A stretch of DNA of 64,000 nt from Prosthecobacter sp. (GTDB lineage Bacteria > Verrucomicrobiota > Verrucomicrobiia > Verrucomicrobiales > Verrucomicrobiaceae). How positions within the stretch are numbered: position 1 is the first letter of the stretch; every line of letters begins with the position of its first letter. The stretch lies in contig NZ_JBIIKX010000019.1 of NCBI RefSeq assembly GCF_044232965.1, positions 15,337-79,336 on the forward strand, in the 5' to 3' direction. The position numbers and the translations under genes are program-made. Positions 34,048 through 43,970 of the stretch are shown here, in pieces. The notes beneath the pieces are model-generated. The model had not been told where the DNA came from, did no database searches, and saw only the letters and a list, made by a program, of their open reading frames with translations.

Positions 34048-35558
34048 AGCACCTGTTTCTCCTTCTCGCTCTGACGCTCGTCGCGCCCGCCCGCCAGCCC
34101 AACGTCATCTTCATCCTCGCTGATGACCTGGGTCCTGGCGACCTCGGCTGCTACGGCCAGAAGATCATCAAGACACCGCATCTCGACCGCATGGCGGCGG
34201 AGGGCATGCGTTTGACCCAGCATTACTGTGGCAACGCCGTCTGCGCCCCCTCCCGCAGCGTGCTGATGACCGGCCAGCATCCCGGCCACACCTTCATTCG
34301 TGACAACCGCCAGGCTGACAATGCCAAAGGCCTGCCCAAGATGGGCAAGCCGGAGCACGAAGGCCAGTTCCCGATTCCAGATGCCACCATCACGCTCGCT
34401 GAGGTTTTTAAGGTCATGAACTACACCACCGGCGGTTTCGGCAAGTGGGGGCTGGGTGGTCCTGGATCGACCGGCGAACCGTTGAAGCAAGGCTTTGGCC
34501 GTTGGTTCGGCTACAACTGCCAGGGCGTGGCGCACAACTTCTATCCCACCTATCTTTGGGACAACGATCAGACCATCGAGCTGAAGAACCCGCCGTTTAC
34601 CTCCAACGACAAACTCAAGCCCGACGAAGATCCGACGAAGCCCGAGAGCTACCAGCGCTTCCAAGGCACCGAATACTCCGCTGATCTCATCGCGGAGCAG
34701 GCGCTCAAATTTGCCCGCGACAACAAGGACAAGCCCTTCTTCCTCTACTGGCCCACCACCGTGCCGCATGTCGCGCTCCAGGTGCCGGACGACTCCTTGC
34801 AGGAATACCTCGGCAAGTTCGACGACCCGCCCTATCCCGGTGGCAAGGGCTACCTGCCGCATTTCAAACCGAAGGCCGCCTACGCCGCGATGATCACCCG
34901 CATGGACCGCGAGATCGGCAGGATGATGGCGCTCATCGCCGAACTCGGCCTCGATGACGACACGATCTTCGTCTTCGCCAGCGACAACGGCCCCGTTAGC
35001 GGCACTCACCAGGGCCTCGCGGGCACCGACTGCGCCTTCTTCAACTCCAGCGAAGGCCGCCGCGATGGCAAAGGCACGCTCTACGAGGGCGGCATCCGCT
35101 CTCCTGGCATCGTGCGCTGGAAAGGCAAGATCAAGGCAGGCATCACCAGCGACCGCATCACCGGCTTTGAAGATTGGATGCCGACGCTCGCCGAACTCAT
35201 CGGCTCCAAGGATAAAACACCGAAAACAGACGGCATCAGCTTCGCGCCGACGCTGCTGGGCGAGAAACAACCCGAGCGTGAGTTCCTCTATCGCGAGTTC
35301 CACGGCTACGGCGGCCAGCAGGTGCTCCGCATGGGCGATTGGAAGCTCGTGCGCCGCAATCTCGCCGCCAAAGGCAAGGCAAAGGCCAAAGCCGCGCCTG
35401 TCAGCGAGGAACTCTACAACATCGCCACCGACCCCGCTGAGACGAAGAACGTCGCGGCGGAGCATCCCGATCTCATCGCCAAGATGAAAACGATCATGGC
35501 CACGCAGCACACCCCCAGCGCGGACTTCCCGATGACGGCATTGGTTCAATCACTTTAA
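34044..35558 (+). CDS. Arylsulfatase (formylglycine-dependent sulfatase family)
   Basis: It has a signal peptide, PNVIFILADDLG, and the CAPSRSVLMTG sulfatase signature. Confidence 0.93.
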   Translation: MKHLFLLLALTLVAPARQPNVIFILADDLGPGDLGCYGQKIIKTPHLDRMAAEGMRLTQHYCGNAVCAPSRSVLMTGQHPGHTFIRDNRQADNAKGLPKMGKPEHEGQFPIPDATITLAEVFKVMNYTTGGFGKWGLGGPGSTGEPLKQGFGRWFGYNCQGVAHNFYPTYLWDNDQTIELKNPPFTSNDKLKPDEDPTKPESYQRFQGTEYSADLIAEQALKFARDNKDKPFFLYWPTTVPHVALQVPDDSLQEYLGKFDDPPYPGGKGYLPHFKPKAAYAAMITRMDREIGRMMALIAELGLDDDTIFVFASDNGPVSGTHQGLAGTDCAFFNSSEGRRDGKGTLYEGGIRSPGIVRWKGKIKAGITSDRITGFEDWMPTLAELIGSKDKTPKTDGISFAPTLLGEKQPEREFLYREFHGYGGQQVLRMGDWKLVRRNLAAKGKAKAKAAPVSEELYNIATDPAETKNVAAEHPDLIAKMKTIMATQHTPSADFPMTALVQSL

Positions 35559-35636
35559 CCACGGAACACACGGAACACACGGAAACCAGCAGAGCAGCAG
35601 TTCAGAACTTCCGTGTATTCGGTGTATTCCGTGGTT
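35557..35636. repeat. Long imperfect palindrome built from short tandem units, in a convergent intergenic region
   Basis: The left arm is AACCACGGAACACACGGAACACACGGAA. The right arm is TTCCGTGTATTCGGTGTATTCCGTGGTT. 25 of 28 positions are complementary, with a 24-nt spacer. The left arm contains CACGGAACACA-type direct repeats. It lies between the sulfatase and corA stops. Confidence 0.7.
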
Positions 35637-35658
35637 GAAAAATCAGTGGTGCGCCCCG

Positions 35659-36633
35659 CTACAGCAGCCGCTTGCGCTTGAAGAACCAGATCGGCACGAT
35701 GGCGGAGAGGACGATCACGAACATCACGAAGAGGAAGGCCCAGCCCTGATTCTGGGAGGGCAGGCCGACGTTCATGCCATAGATGCTGGCGATGAGCGTG
35801 GGCGGCATGAAGAGCACGCTGGCGACGGTGAAGATTTTGATGATCTGGTTCTGCTGGATGTTGATGAGGCCAAGCGTGGACTCGAGCAGGAAGGTCATCT
35901 CCTGCATCTGCTGACCGGTGTATTCATCCAGGCTCTTGATGTCGCGCATGACGCTGCGGAACTGGCTGGCGAGATCGCCGCGCATCCAGGTGGCGGCGTT
36001 GTTGAGGAAGTATTGCAGCATGCGGCTGAGGCTGAGCAGGCTTTCGCGCAGGTTCGCCACGAGGGCGCTGCGGCGGCCGAGCAGCTTCACCACATCGCTG
36101 AGGTCTTTTTCCACGGCGGCATGCGCCTTGTGTGGATCGACGGTGAAGATGTCGCGGCAGATTTTCTTCATGTCGCCTTCCACGCCCTGGAGCGCGTCGG
36201 CGATGCGGGCGACGATCAATTCCAGCAGCAGGAGGAAGACGGCGTCGCTGCTCAGCGGCATGCTGCACTGGCGCTTGGCCTGGTCCACGAGGACACGGAA
36301 GGCCATGGGGTCCGCGTAACGCACGGTGGTGAGGCAGTCGGGCGCGATGACGAAGGAGATGGCGGTGCTGTCGGGATCGGGCGTGTCGAGACCCACGGGA
36401 AGCCATGCGGTCATGTAAAGAGCGCCCTTTTCCATGTAGAGCCGGCTGGACTCCTCGATCTCCTGCATTTCCTCACGCGTGGGGAGCTGGTACTCGAGCC
36501 ATTTTTCCGCTTCGAGCTCTTCGGCACGGCCAGGATTCAGCAGATCGAGGAAGACAAGATTGTCCGGGAACGGCTGCGTCTTTTCGTCGTTCCAGTCGAT
36601 GAGCTGACCTTGCTGGGTGAGGAGTCGAACCAT
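35659..36633 (-). CDS. corA: CorA-family magnesium/cobalt transporter
   Basis: The product is 324 aa with a YGMNV signature before the last TM helix and two C-terminal TM helices. Confidence 0.92.
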   Translation of the reverse strand: MVRLLTQQGQLIDWNDEKTQPFPDNLVFLDLLNPGRAEELEAEKWLEYQLPTREEMQEIEESSRLYMEKGALYMTAWLPVGLDTPDPDSTAISFVIAPDCLTTVRYADPMAFRVLVDQAKRQCSMPLSSDAVFLLLLELIVARIADALQGVEGDMKKICRDIFTVDPHKAHAAVEKDLSDVVKLLGRRSALVANLRESLLSLSRMLQYFLNNAATWMRGDLASQFRSVMRDIKSLDEYTGQQMQEMTFLLESTLGLINIQQNQIIKIFTVASVLFMPPTLIASIYGMNVGLPSQNQGWAFLFVMFVIVLSAIVPIWFFKRKRLL

Positions 36634-36709
36634 GCTGCGTTTGAGGGGGGAATGAAAACTAGCCGCACCTGTTCTTCCACGCCAGCGGCACGGTCGTCAA
36701 ACGGACGTT

Positions 36710-37054
36710 TCAATAACGCGGCGTCTCAGGATCGACCAAATCGGCCCAGGCGTCGATGCCGCCGCGCATGCTTTGCGCACGGCTGAAACCGTACTCGCGC
36801 AGCCATTGCGCGGCGCGCTGGCTGCGCATGCCATGGTGGCAGTAGATGATGAGATGCTCCTGGGTGTTGGTGAAGACCTGCTGGGCCAGTTCGCCAAAGC
36901 GGGACAAGGGCACGAGCTGAGCGTCTGGCAGGCGGCAGATCTGCCACTCGCTCTCCTCACGGCAGTCGATGAGGCGGAAATCACGCTCTCCCGGGCGTCC
37001 AAGGAGATAGCTGACATCCGTGGGGCTGATCTCGAGGGCCGTGTCTGAAATCAT
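36710..37054 (-). CDS. Rhodanese-like domain protein (sulfurtransferase)
   Basis: The 114-aa product has LIIYCHHGMRSQRAAQWL, the active-site Cys loop. Confidence 0.88.
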   Translation of the reverse strand: MISDTALEISPTDVSYLLGRPGERDFRLIDCREESEWQICRLPDAQLVPLSRFGELAQQVFTNTQEHLIIYCHHGMRSQRAAQWLREYGFSRAQSMRGGIDAWADLVDPETPRY

Positions 37055-37072
37055 GCGAAGGCAGGCGAGGGA

Positions 37073-37687
37073 TCATGGGCGCACCGTGACGGGCGTGCCG
37101 GTGGAGACGTTGTGGTAAAACGTGGCGGCCATGTGGCCGGGCATGCGCACGCAGCCGTGGGAGGCAGGATAGCCGGGCAGGAAGCCCTCATGCATGCCGA
37201 TGCCGCCGGTGAAGCGCATGAAGTGATGCATCTTGGAGCCTTCAAAGCGTGTGCCGGGCGGCGGCTTGTCCTTGGTGACGTCGATGTTGGCCATCACGAC
37301 CGTTCCAGCGCTGTCCACGAAATCGCCGTAGAGGTTGGATTTATGCCACTGATCTTTCTGGATCACCTTGAAGCTGCCGGTCTTCGTCGGGTGCTTTTCG
37401 TCCCCGGTGGAAAGCGCCGAGACACCCGCCAACGTGCCGCCTTTGTAGAAGTAGGCTTTCTGATCACTCAGGTCGATGGTGATGCTCGGGCTGCCGCTAA
37501 CGCCATCACCGTCCCAGTAGGACACCTGGTCGGCGTTGTACATGGAGGAATGCGGGATGCTGGCCGGATTGAAGGCTTCGAGATACTGCGTCTGTCCACG
37601 CGATCCTCCGCTCTGGCAGGAGGCCAGCAGGGCGAGTGTGGCGAGCAGAAGAAGGCGAAGGGCTTGGGGGACGACCTGTTGACTCAT
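37073..37687 (-). CDS. L,D-transpeptidase (YkuD domain) lipoprotein
   Basis: It has SHGCVRMP as the catalytic motif and a lipobox LLASC after the ATG at 37685-37687. Confidence 0.88.
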   Translation of the reverse strand: MSQQVVPQALRLLLLATLALLASCQSGGSRGQTQYLEAFNPASIPHSSMYNADQVSYWDGDGVSGSPSITIDLSDQKAYFYKGGTLAGVSALSTGDEKHPTKTGSFKVIQKDQWHKSNLYGDFVDSAGTVVMANIDVTKDKPPPGTRFEGSKMHHFMRFTGGIGMHEGFLPGYPASHGCVRMPGHMAATFYHNVSTGTPVTVRP

Positions 37688-37756
37688 GCGTGGGGTAAAG
37701 GGGGCGCGTTTTCGCCGCGATGTATGCCGCGCCGCAGGGCATCTGTCCAGCGTCAA

Positions 37757-38689
37757 TCAATGCACGCCCTTGTCCGCAAGGTAGCGCTCCGCCTCCAAGG
37801 CGGCGGCGCAGCCCTGGCCTGCGGCGGTGATGGCCTGGCGATAGACATGGTCGGCCACGTCGCCAGCGGCGAACAAACCTTCGGTCTTCGTGCGCGTGCC
37901 CTGGGTTTGCAGGATGTAGCCGTTTTCGTCGGTATCGACGAGATCGCCGAGGAAGGCACCGTTTGGCACATGGCCGATGGCGACGAAGACGCACTTCAAC
38001 TCCAGCTCGCTCTTTTCACCGGTGACGAGGTTTTCGAGCATAACGGCGCGCATCTCGCCTTTTTCATCGGTGAGGTACTCGCAGACGGTGCTGTTCCAGA
38101 CGGGTTTGATCTTCGGATTTGCCAAAGCGCGGTCGGCCATGATCTTCGAGGCGCGCAGGGCGTCGCGGCGGTGGATCAAATAAACCGTGCTGGCGAATTT
38201 GGTGAGGAAGCCGGCCTCTTCGCAGGCCGAGTCACCGCCGCCGATGACGCAGACAGGCACGTTGCGGTAGAAAGCGCCATCGCAGGTGGCGCAGCTCGTC
38301 AAACCGTGGCCGATGAGGGATTTTTCGTTCGGCAGGCCGAGATGTTTCGGCGAGGCACCGGTGGCGACGATGACGCTTTGAGCCTCATAAACGGTGCCGC
38401 CTTCGGTATGCACTTCAAAATGGCCTGCTGCAGTCTTTTTCACGCTGCTGACGAGCGAGTACTCGATGCGCGCGCCGAACTTCTCCGCCTGAGTCTGCAT
38501 GTTCATCATCAATTCCGGTCCCATGATGCCGTTAGGGAAGCCGGGGAAGTTTTCGACTTCGGTCGTGGTCGTGAGCTGGCCGCCGGGCATGTTGCCGGAG
38601 AGGATCAGGGGCTTCAAATTGGCGCGTCCGGTGTAAATCGCTGCTGTGTAGCCGGCGCAGCCGGTGCCGATGATGATGACGTTTTCCAT
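37757..38689 (-). CDS. trxB: Thioredoxin-disulfide reductase
   Basis: It has MENVIIIGTGCAGYTAAIY, the redox-active CATCDG, and GGGDSACEEA. Confidence 0.95.
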   Translation of the reverse strand: MENVIIIGTGCAGYTAAIYTGRANLKPLILSGNMPGGQLTTTTEVENFPGFPNGIMGPELMMNMQTQAEKFGARIEYSLVSSVKKTAAGHFEVHTEGGTVYEAQSVIVATGASPKHLGLPNEKSLIGHGLTSCATCDGAFYRNVPVCVIGGGDSACEEAGFLTKFASTVYLIHRRDALRASKIMADRALANPKIKPVWNSTVCEYLTDEKGEMRAVMLENLVTGEKSELELKCVFVAIGHVPNGAFLGDLVDTDENGYILQTQGTRTKTEGLFAAGDVADHVYRQAITAAGQGCAAALEAERYLADKGVH

Positions 38690-38814
38690 GGTGGTTTCGG
38701 GGTCGGGAGAAAAGGGTCGCGGAAGATGGAAAGGCGGGCCGGGGGTGCAAGGAGCGCTTTTTTCAATCGTGGCGTTGGAGTTTCCGGCAGTCTCGTTTAT
38801 TCCCCATATCAACG

Positions 38815-40020
38815 ATGCCCGACCCGACCACGGACGCCAAAGCCAGCCGCCGCATGCTTGCGACGCTGTTTTTCTGCACGGCGATGCCGATGGGCATGTG
38901 GGGCGTGCCGTTGGCGAATGTGTTCGCCGCGCACGGTCGCGGTCATCTGGTGCCCTGGGTGTTGGCCACCACCTCGATCGCGGCGTTCATCTCGCCGCTG
39001 TTCGTCGGGGCGCTGGCGGATCAAAAGCATTCGCCCGTGCTGCTGCTGCGCTGGCTGACCGCGGCGACGTGTGTGGCGCTGCTCATCACCTGCGGTTCGC
39101 TGGCCTGGGGCTGGGGCGATGCCGCCGTGCTGGCCTGCGCCCAGGGGCTGGCGCTCCTGGCCACGCCGGTTTGGAGCGTGACGAGCAGCATCGTGTTTTC
39201 TCAACTGCATGATGCGAAGCAGCAGTTCGGCCCGCTGCGCGCCTGGGCCACGGCGGGGTGGATGGCAGGCTGCTGGATCGTCAGTTTCGTGCTCAAGGCG
39301 GATGCCTCGCTCGTGGCGGGTGTCACCGCGGCGGGCTTGTGGCTCGTGGTGATGACGCTGACGTGGCGGCTGCCGATGATTCCGCCGGGGGAGGTCGTGC
39401 AACACCGCACCTGGCGGCAGATTCTCGGCCTCGACGCGCTCGAACTGCTCAAGCACCGTGACCATCGCGTCGTCTTCATCACAGCGGCTCTCTACTGCGT
39501 GCCGCTGGCGGCGTTTTACCCTTACACCTCGCGGCATTTGCATGATCTGGGCGTGCAAAACATCTCTGCCGTGATCTCGCTCGGCCAGACGACGGAAATC
39601 CTCGTCATGCTGCTGCTGGCCGGTGTTTTAGCCCGGGTGCGGCTGAAATGGGTCTTCCTTTCTGGCATCGCGATCTGCGTGGTGCGCTACGCCTGCAACG
39701 CTCTCGCCACGCTGCCATGGCTCCTGGTCGGCACGCTGCTGCACGGCTTCGCCTACACGCTCTATTTTATCACCACGCAGATATACCTCGAAGAGCGCGT
39801 CGATCCGAAATGGCGCGCACGGGCACAAGCCTTGCTGGCCTTGCTGATGGGCGGTGTGGGCAATCTCATCGGCTACCTCGGCGGCGGCTGGTGGCATGCC
39901 GCCTGCACGAAAAACGGCGTCACCGACTGGCCCCGCTTCTGGTGGGGAGAGACAGCGCTCACCGCCGTGGTGTGCGTGTTCTCCGCTCTCGCGTATCGCG
40001 GACGTGCGCACCAAACGTAG
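38815..40020 (+). CDS. MFS transporter
   Basis: The 401-aa product has about 12 predicted hydrophobic segments. The specific substrate cannot be recognised. Confidence 0.8.
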   Translation: MPDPTTDAKASRRMLATLFFCTAMPMGMWGVPLANVFAAHGRGHLVPWVLATTSIAAFISPLFVGALADQKHSPVLLLRWLTAATCVALLITCGSLAWGWGDAAVLACAQGLALLATPVWSVTSSIVFSQLHDAKQQFGPLRAWATAGWMAGCWIVSFVLKADASLVAGVTAAGLWLVVMTLTWRLPMIPPGEVVQHRTWRQILGLDALELLKHRDHRVVFITAALYCVPLAAFYPYTSRHLHDLGVQNISAVISLGQTTEILVMLLLAGVLARVRLKWVFLSGIAICVVRYACNALATLPWLLVGTLLHGFAYTLYFITTQIYLEERVDPKWRARAQALLALLMGGVGNLIGYLGGGWWHAACTKNGVTDWPRFWWGETALTAVVCVFSALAYRGRAHQT

Positions 40021-40117
40021 GCCGAGTGTGGCGACAGTCCGCCCGGCCTTATGCGTGGCCGCCAGACCAACGCACACCCAGCAGACGACCGGGCTTGCGC
40101 CACAGTCGTCCTACGTT

Positions 40118-42238
40118 TTAGGCCAGCCCGGCGCGTGTGAGTAGCGCCATGGCGTCGGGATCGCGGCCCATGAAATCATGGAAGAGCTTCGCGGGGTCTT
40201 CGGAGTTGCCCTTGCTGAGGATCAGCTCGCGGAACTCGCGGCCGACGGCGGGATTGAGCACGCCTTCTTTTTGGAAACGGGTGAAAGCGTCCGCGTCGAG
40301 CACCTCGGCCCATTTGTAGCTGTAGTAACCAGCGGCATAACCGACAGGGCTGCTGAACAGATGGCCGAAACGACGCGCCATCGTCGGCTGCTCGGTTTTG
40401 AGCGGCATGAGGTAGCCGTTGAGGATCTTGCGGGCCAGTTGGTCGAGATCCGCGCCTTCCGTGGTGGCGTGGTTCATGTGCAGCTCGAGGTCGAGCTTGC
40501 CAAAGGCAAGCTGGCGCATGATGTCGCTGGCGCTGCGGTAGTTCTTTGCGGCCAGCATCTTCTTGAATAGGCGCTGCGGGATCACCTCGCCAGTTTCATG
40601 ATGACGGGCGAAGAGATCGAGGCTCTCACGCTCCCAGCAGAAGTTTTCGAGCAGTTGCGAGGGCAACTCGACGAAGTCCCAGTAAACACTGACGCCGTTG
40701 AGTGAGGGGATTTCGACATTGCCGCAGAGCTGGTGCAGCAGGTGGCCGAACTCATGGAAGACGGTGCAGACCTCGTCATGCGTGAGCAGCGCGGGCTTGC
40801 CATTGACAGGCGGTGTCATGTTGCCGCAGATGAGGCCGAGGTGCAGGCGGCGGTCGCGCTCGCCGCTCGGCGGCACGCCCATCTTGAGGTAGTTCATCCA
40901 GGCGCCGCCGCGTTTCGCGTCGCGCGGATGCCAGTCGGCGTAGAAGGAGCCGATGTGGACGCCCTTCTCGTTACGCACCTCGTAAAATTTTACCTCAGGA
41001 TGCCAGACCTCGACGGGGCCGGCCTTTCCAGGCTGTGCGCTGATGCTGACAGGCGCGTCCTTGCCCGGCTCGACGTAAACGGCCTCACGTGAAGTGATGC
41101 GCAGGTCGAAAACCTTCTCGGCGAGCTGGAACATGCCGCCAAGCACGCGGTCGAGCGGGAAGTAGGGGCGCAGCTCCTCTTCGTCGAAGTCGTACTTCGA
41201 TTTGCGCTGTTTTTCGCTCCAGAAGGAGACTTCCCAGGGCTGGAACAGGTCGGTGGACTGATGCGCGGTGTCGGCGCGGAACTCCTGCAGCTCGATGGTC
41301 TCGCGCTTGAACGCCTCGTTCACGCGTGAGTAGAGATCTTCGATGAAGCGCAGCGCGCTGCGGCCGGCCTTCGCCATGCGGTGGGCCAGCACGTGGTCGG
41401 CAAAGTGGGGCTTGCCCATGATCTGCGCCTTCTCATGACGCAGGCGGAGAATGTTGAAGACGTTCTCGGTGTTATCATGCTCACCGCCACGTCCGATGCC
41501 GCTGGCTCCTTCCCAGACCTGACGGCGGATGCCCTCGTCTTCGAGGTATTCCATGACCGGGATCATGGAGGGAGCCTTCAAGGTAAGGCGGTACAATGGC
41601 TTTTCCGGTGTGCCGAGTCCTTTCGCGACGGCATCGGCCCGCGCGGCTTCGATGGCGGAGGGCGGCAGCCCTTTGAGGCGGCTCACATCGTCGATGACGA
41701 GCTCCCACTTGTTGGTGGAGTCGAGCACGTTTTCCGAGTACTTCTGCGTGAGCTTGGAAAGCTCGGACTCGATCTCCTCGACGCGCTTCTTCTTCTCCGG
41801 CGGCAAGTCCGCTCCAGCCTGGATGAAGCCTTCCATGGACTCCTCAAGCGCTCGTTTGCGCACGGGCGTAAGTTTTTTTGCCTCCTCAGTCTTGCTGTAG
41901 GTGACGAGCAGGTCCCAGAGATGCTCGTTGAGGGGAATTTTTGCAAAGAAGGCGCTGACCTCCGCCAGCATCTTGTTGTGCGCCTCGCGCAGGGCAGGGG
42001 AGTTGCACAGCGAGTCGAGATGCGTCACGAGACCCCAGGCTTCGTTCAATTCACGCGTGGTCTCGTCGAGGCCAAGCACGACGCTGTCAAAGTTCATCTT
42101 GCCGCGGTCCTGGTCGATGAGCGCGTCGAGGTTCGCCTGCGCCCTTTCCAAGGCGGTGCGGATGTCGGCTTCGATGTGGTCTGGGGTCAGCGTGGACCAG
42201 CGGATGTGAAAGTCCTGGGTGAGAAAAGGGGCTGCCAT
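40118..42238 (-). CDS. M3-family metallopeptidase (oligopeptidase A / Dcp-like)
   Basis: It has the [10 protein letters not shown] zinc motif and is about 706 aa from the ATG at 42236-42238. Confidence 0.92.
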   Translation of the reverse strand: MAAPFLTQDFHIRWSTLTPDHIEADIRTALERAQANLDALIDQDRGKMNFDSVVLGLDETTRELNEAWGLVTHLDSLCNSPALREAHNKMLAEVSAFFAKIPLNEHLWDLLVTYSKTEEAKKLTPVRKRALEESMEGFIQAGADLPPEKKKRVEEIESELSKLTQKYSENVLDSTNKWELVIDDVSRLKGLPPSAIEAARADAVAKGLGTPEKPLYRLTLKAPSMIPVMEYLEDEGIRRQVWEGASGIGRGGEHDNTENVFNILRLRHEKAQIMGKPHFADHVLAHRMAKAGRSALRFIEDLYSRVNEAFKRETIELQEFRADTAHQSTDLFQPWEVSFWSEKQRKSKYDFDEEELRPYFPLDRVLGGMFQLAEKVFDLRITSREAVYVEPGKDAPVSISAQPGKAGPVEVWHPEVKFYEVRNEKGVHIGSFYADWHPRDAKRGGAWMNYLKMGVPPSGERDRRLHLGLICGNMTPPVNGKPALLTHDEVCTVFHEFGHLLHQLCGNVEIPSLNGVSVYWDFVELPSQLLENFCWERESLDLFARHHETGEVIPQRLFKKMLAAKNYRSASDIMRQLAFGKLDLELHMNHATTEGADLDQLARKILNGYLMPLKTEQPTMARRFGHLFSSPVGYAAGYYSYKWAEVLDADAFTRFQKEGVLNPAVGREFRELILSKGNSEDPAKLFHDFMGRDPDAMALLTRAGLA

Positions 42239-42366
42239 GGTGGGGGTTTTGGCGGGCGCGGAGTATGAAGGGCGCGAAGGCTTGTGCAAATGCCAACATT
42301 GGTGCCAGCCTGCCATTTGAGCGCACGAATTGACAAAACGACCGGGCTTCACACCATGCGCGGACG

Positions 42367-43482
42367 ATGTCTGACTCATCCCCGCTCCGCCGCACCCCTC
42401 TGCACGCCGTGCATGTCGAAATGGGGGCGCGCATGGTGCCCTTCGCAGGCTGGGACATGCCGGTGCAGTACACGGGCATCGTCGAGGAGCACAAGGCCGT
42501 GCGTCAAAGCGTGGGCGTGTTTGACATCTCGCACATGGGCCAGTTCATCGTGAGCGGCACAGGCTCGGAAGCCTTCCTGAACCGGGCGCTTACCAACAAC
42601 ATCGCCGAACTTCAGCCCGGTCAGGGCCAGTACACGCTCCTGCTGAACGACCGTGGTGGTGTGATCGATGACCTGATCGCCTACCGCACCAGCGAGCGTG
42701 AGTTTTTCCTCGTCGTGAACGCCTCGCGTATCGACGCCGACTGGGATCACCTCGAAGCCCAGCTCACAAAAGACGATGATGTGATGATGGCGAACGCGAG
42801 CGACTTCACCGCCGGTCTCGCCATCCAGGGGCCGAAAGCGCGTGAGGTAGCTGCGGCTGTCTTTGGCAATGCGGATTCCTTCCCTGAGCACAACACGATC
42901 CTCGTCACGATGACCGACAACGGCCCGATGTGGCTCTGCGGCACCGGTTACACGGGCGAGGAGGGCTTTGAGTTCTTCATGCCAGCGGAAACTGCCGGAG
43001 AATGGCTACGCAAAATCGTCGATGCCGTGAAAGCCGCAGGCGGCATGCCCTGCGGACTCGGTGCGCGCGACACGCTGCGCCTCGAAATGGGCTATCCGCT
43101 CAATGGCAACGATCTCTCTGAAGACCGCACGCCTTTGCAGGCGGGCCTCGGCTTCTTCGTGGATCTTGAAAAAGGCGATTTCACCGGTCGCGAGGCTTTG
43201 GTGGCGCAAAAAGCCGCCGGATTGCCGGACAAACTCGCCGCCTTCCGCATGACCGGTGCCGCGCCGCCGCCGCGTCCGCATTATCCCGTGGCTCACGAAG
43301 GTCAAATCGTCGGCGAGGTGTGCAGCGGCACGCAATCCCCCAGTCTTTCCACCGGCATTGGCATGGCGTATCTGCCATTGAGCGCCACGGCCGTCGGCAC
43401 CACGATCGAAATCGAAATTCGCGGTCGCCGTTTTCCGGCAGAGGTGGTCAAGAAGCCGTTTTATCGCAAACCTGTCGCTTAA
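42367..43482 (+). CDS. gcvT: Glycine cleavage system aminomethyltransferase T
   Basis: It has [27 protein letters not shown] and [11 protein letters not shown]. Confidence 0.96.
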   Translation: MSDSSPLRRTPLHAVHVEMGARMVPFAGWDMPVQYTGIVEEHKAVRQSVGVFDISHMGQFIVSGTGSEAFLNRALTNNIAELQPGQGQYTLLLNDRGGVIDDLIAYRTSEREFFLVVNASRIDADWDHLEAQLTKDDDVMMANASDFTAGLAIQGPKAREVAAAVFGNADSFPEHNTILVTMTDNGPMWLCGTGYTGEEGFEFFMPAETAGEWLRKIVDAVKAAGGMPCGLGARDTLRLEMGYPLNGNDLSEDRTPLQAGLGFFVDLEKGDFTGREALVAQKAAGLPDKLAAFRMTGAAPPPRPHYPVAHEGQIVGEVCSGTQSPSLSTGIGMAYLPLSATAVGTTIEIEIRGRRFPAEVVKKPFYRKPVA

Positions 43483-43503
43483 ATTTCCACACCACCATCC
43501 AAC

Positions 43504-43884
43504 ATGAGCAACGTCCCTGACAACCTCCGCTACCGCGATTCCCACGAGTGGATCGACCCGATGCAAAACCCTTCGCCGGTCGGCATCACCGATCACGCGC
43601 AGGCCGAACTGACTGATGTGGTCTTCGTCGATCCGCCGAAAATCGGAACTCAGGTCAGCGCCGGGCAGCAGGTCTGCGTGATCGAGTCCGTGAAGGCCGC
43701 GAGCGACATTTACGCGCCGGTTTCCGGTGAGATCGTCGAGGTCAACGAGGCGCTCAGCAGCGATCCCGGCCTGCTCAATCGCGATCCCTACCTCGGCGGC
43801 TGGATTTTCAAGATCAAGTCCTCGAATCCCGCCGAGACGGAAGCCTTGATGAACGCCGAGGCGTATCGCAAGCACATCGGTTGA
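43504..43884 (+). CDS. gcvH: Glycine cleavage system protein H
   Basis: It has YRDSHEWI and the lipoyl-lysine context [23 protein letters not shown]. Confidence 0.96.
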   Translation: MSNVPDNLRYRDSHEWIDPMQNPSPVGITDHAQAELTDVVFVDPPKIGTQVSAGQQVCVIESVKAASDIYAPVSGEIVEVNEALSSDPGLLNRDPYLGGWIFKIKSSNPAETEALMNAEAYRKHIG

Positions 43885-43970
43885 TCAGGAGGCGCTGGCG
43901 CACAAAATTGGCGTGCATTTTTTGGCTGCATTGAGTGACGAATTCGTTACTCATGACGGACACTTGAACC

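Noticed and set aside
33918-35549. 543-aa ORF on the minus strand
   Set aside because: It is antisense to a sulfatase gene with unmistakable family signatures (PNVIFILADDLG, CAPSR). The product is Arg/Ala/Gly-rich low-complexity sequence typical of shadow ORFs in high-GC DNA.
36634-36709. Mg-sensing leader (M-box-like) upstream of corA
   Set aside because: The gap is only 76 nt, too short for an M-box, and no conserved motif is visible.
37112-39058. 648-aa ORF on the plus strand
   Set aside because: It is antisense to the L,D-transpeptidase and trxB genes, both of which have catalytic motifs (SHGCVRMP, CATCDG).
42239-42366. Glycine riboswitch upstream of gcvT
   Set aside because: I looked for the conserved GGAGAG...CACCGAAGGGGCAA...CTCTGGAGA-type core and found nothing similar in the 128-nt divergent region. 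A covariance-model search (Rfam RF00504) would be the decisive check.
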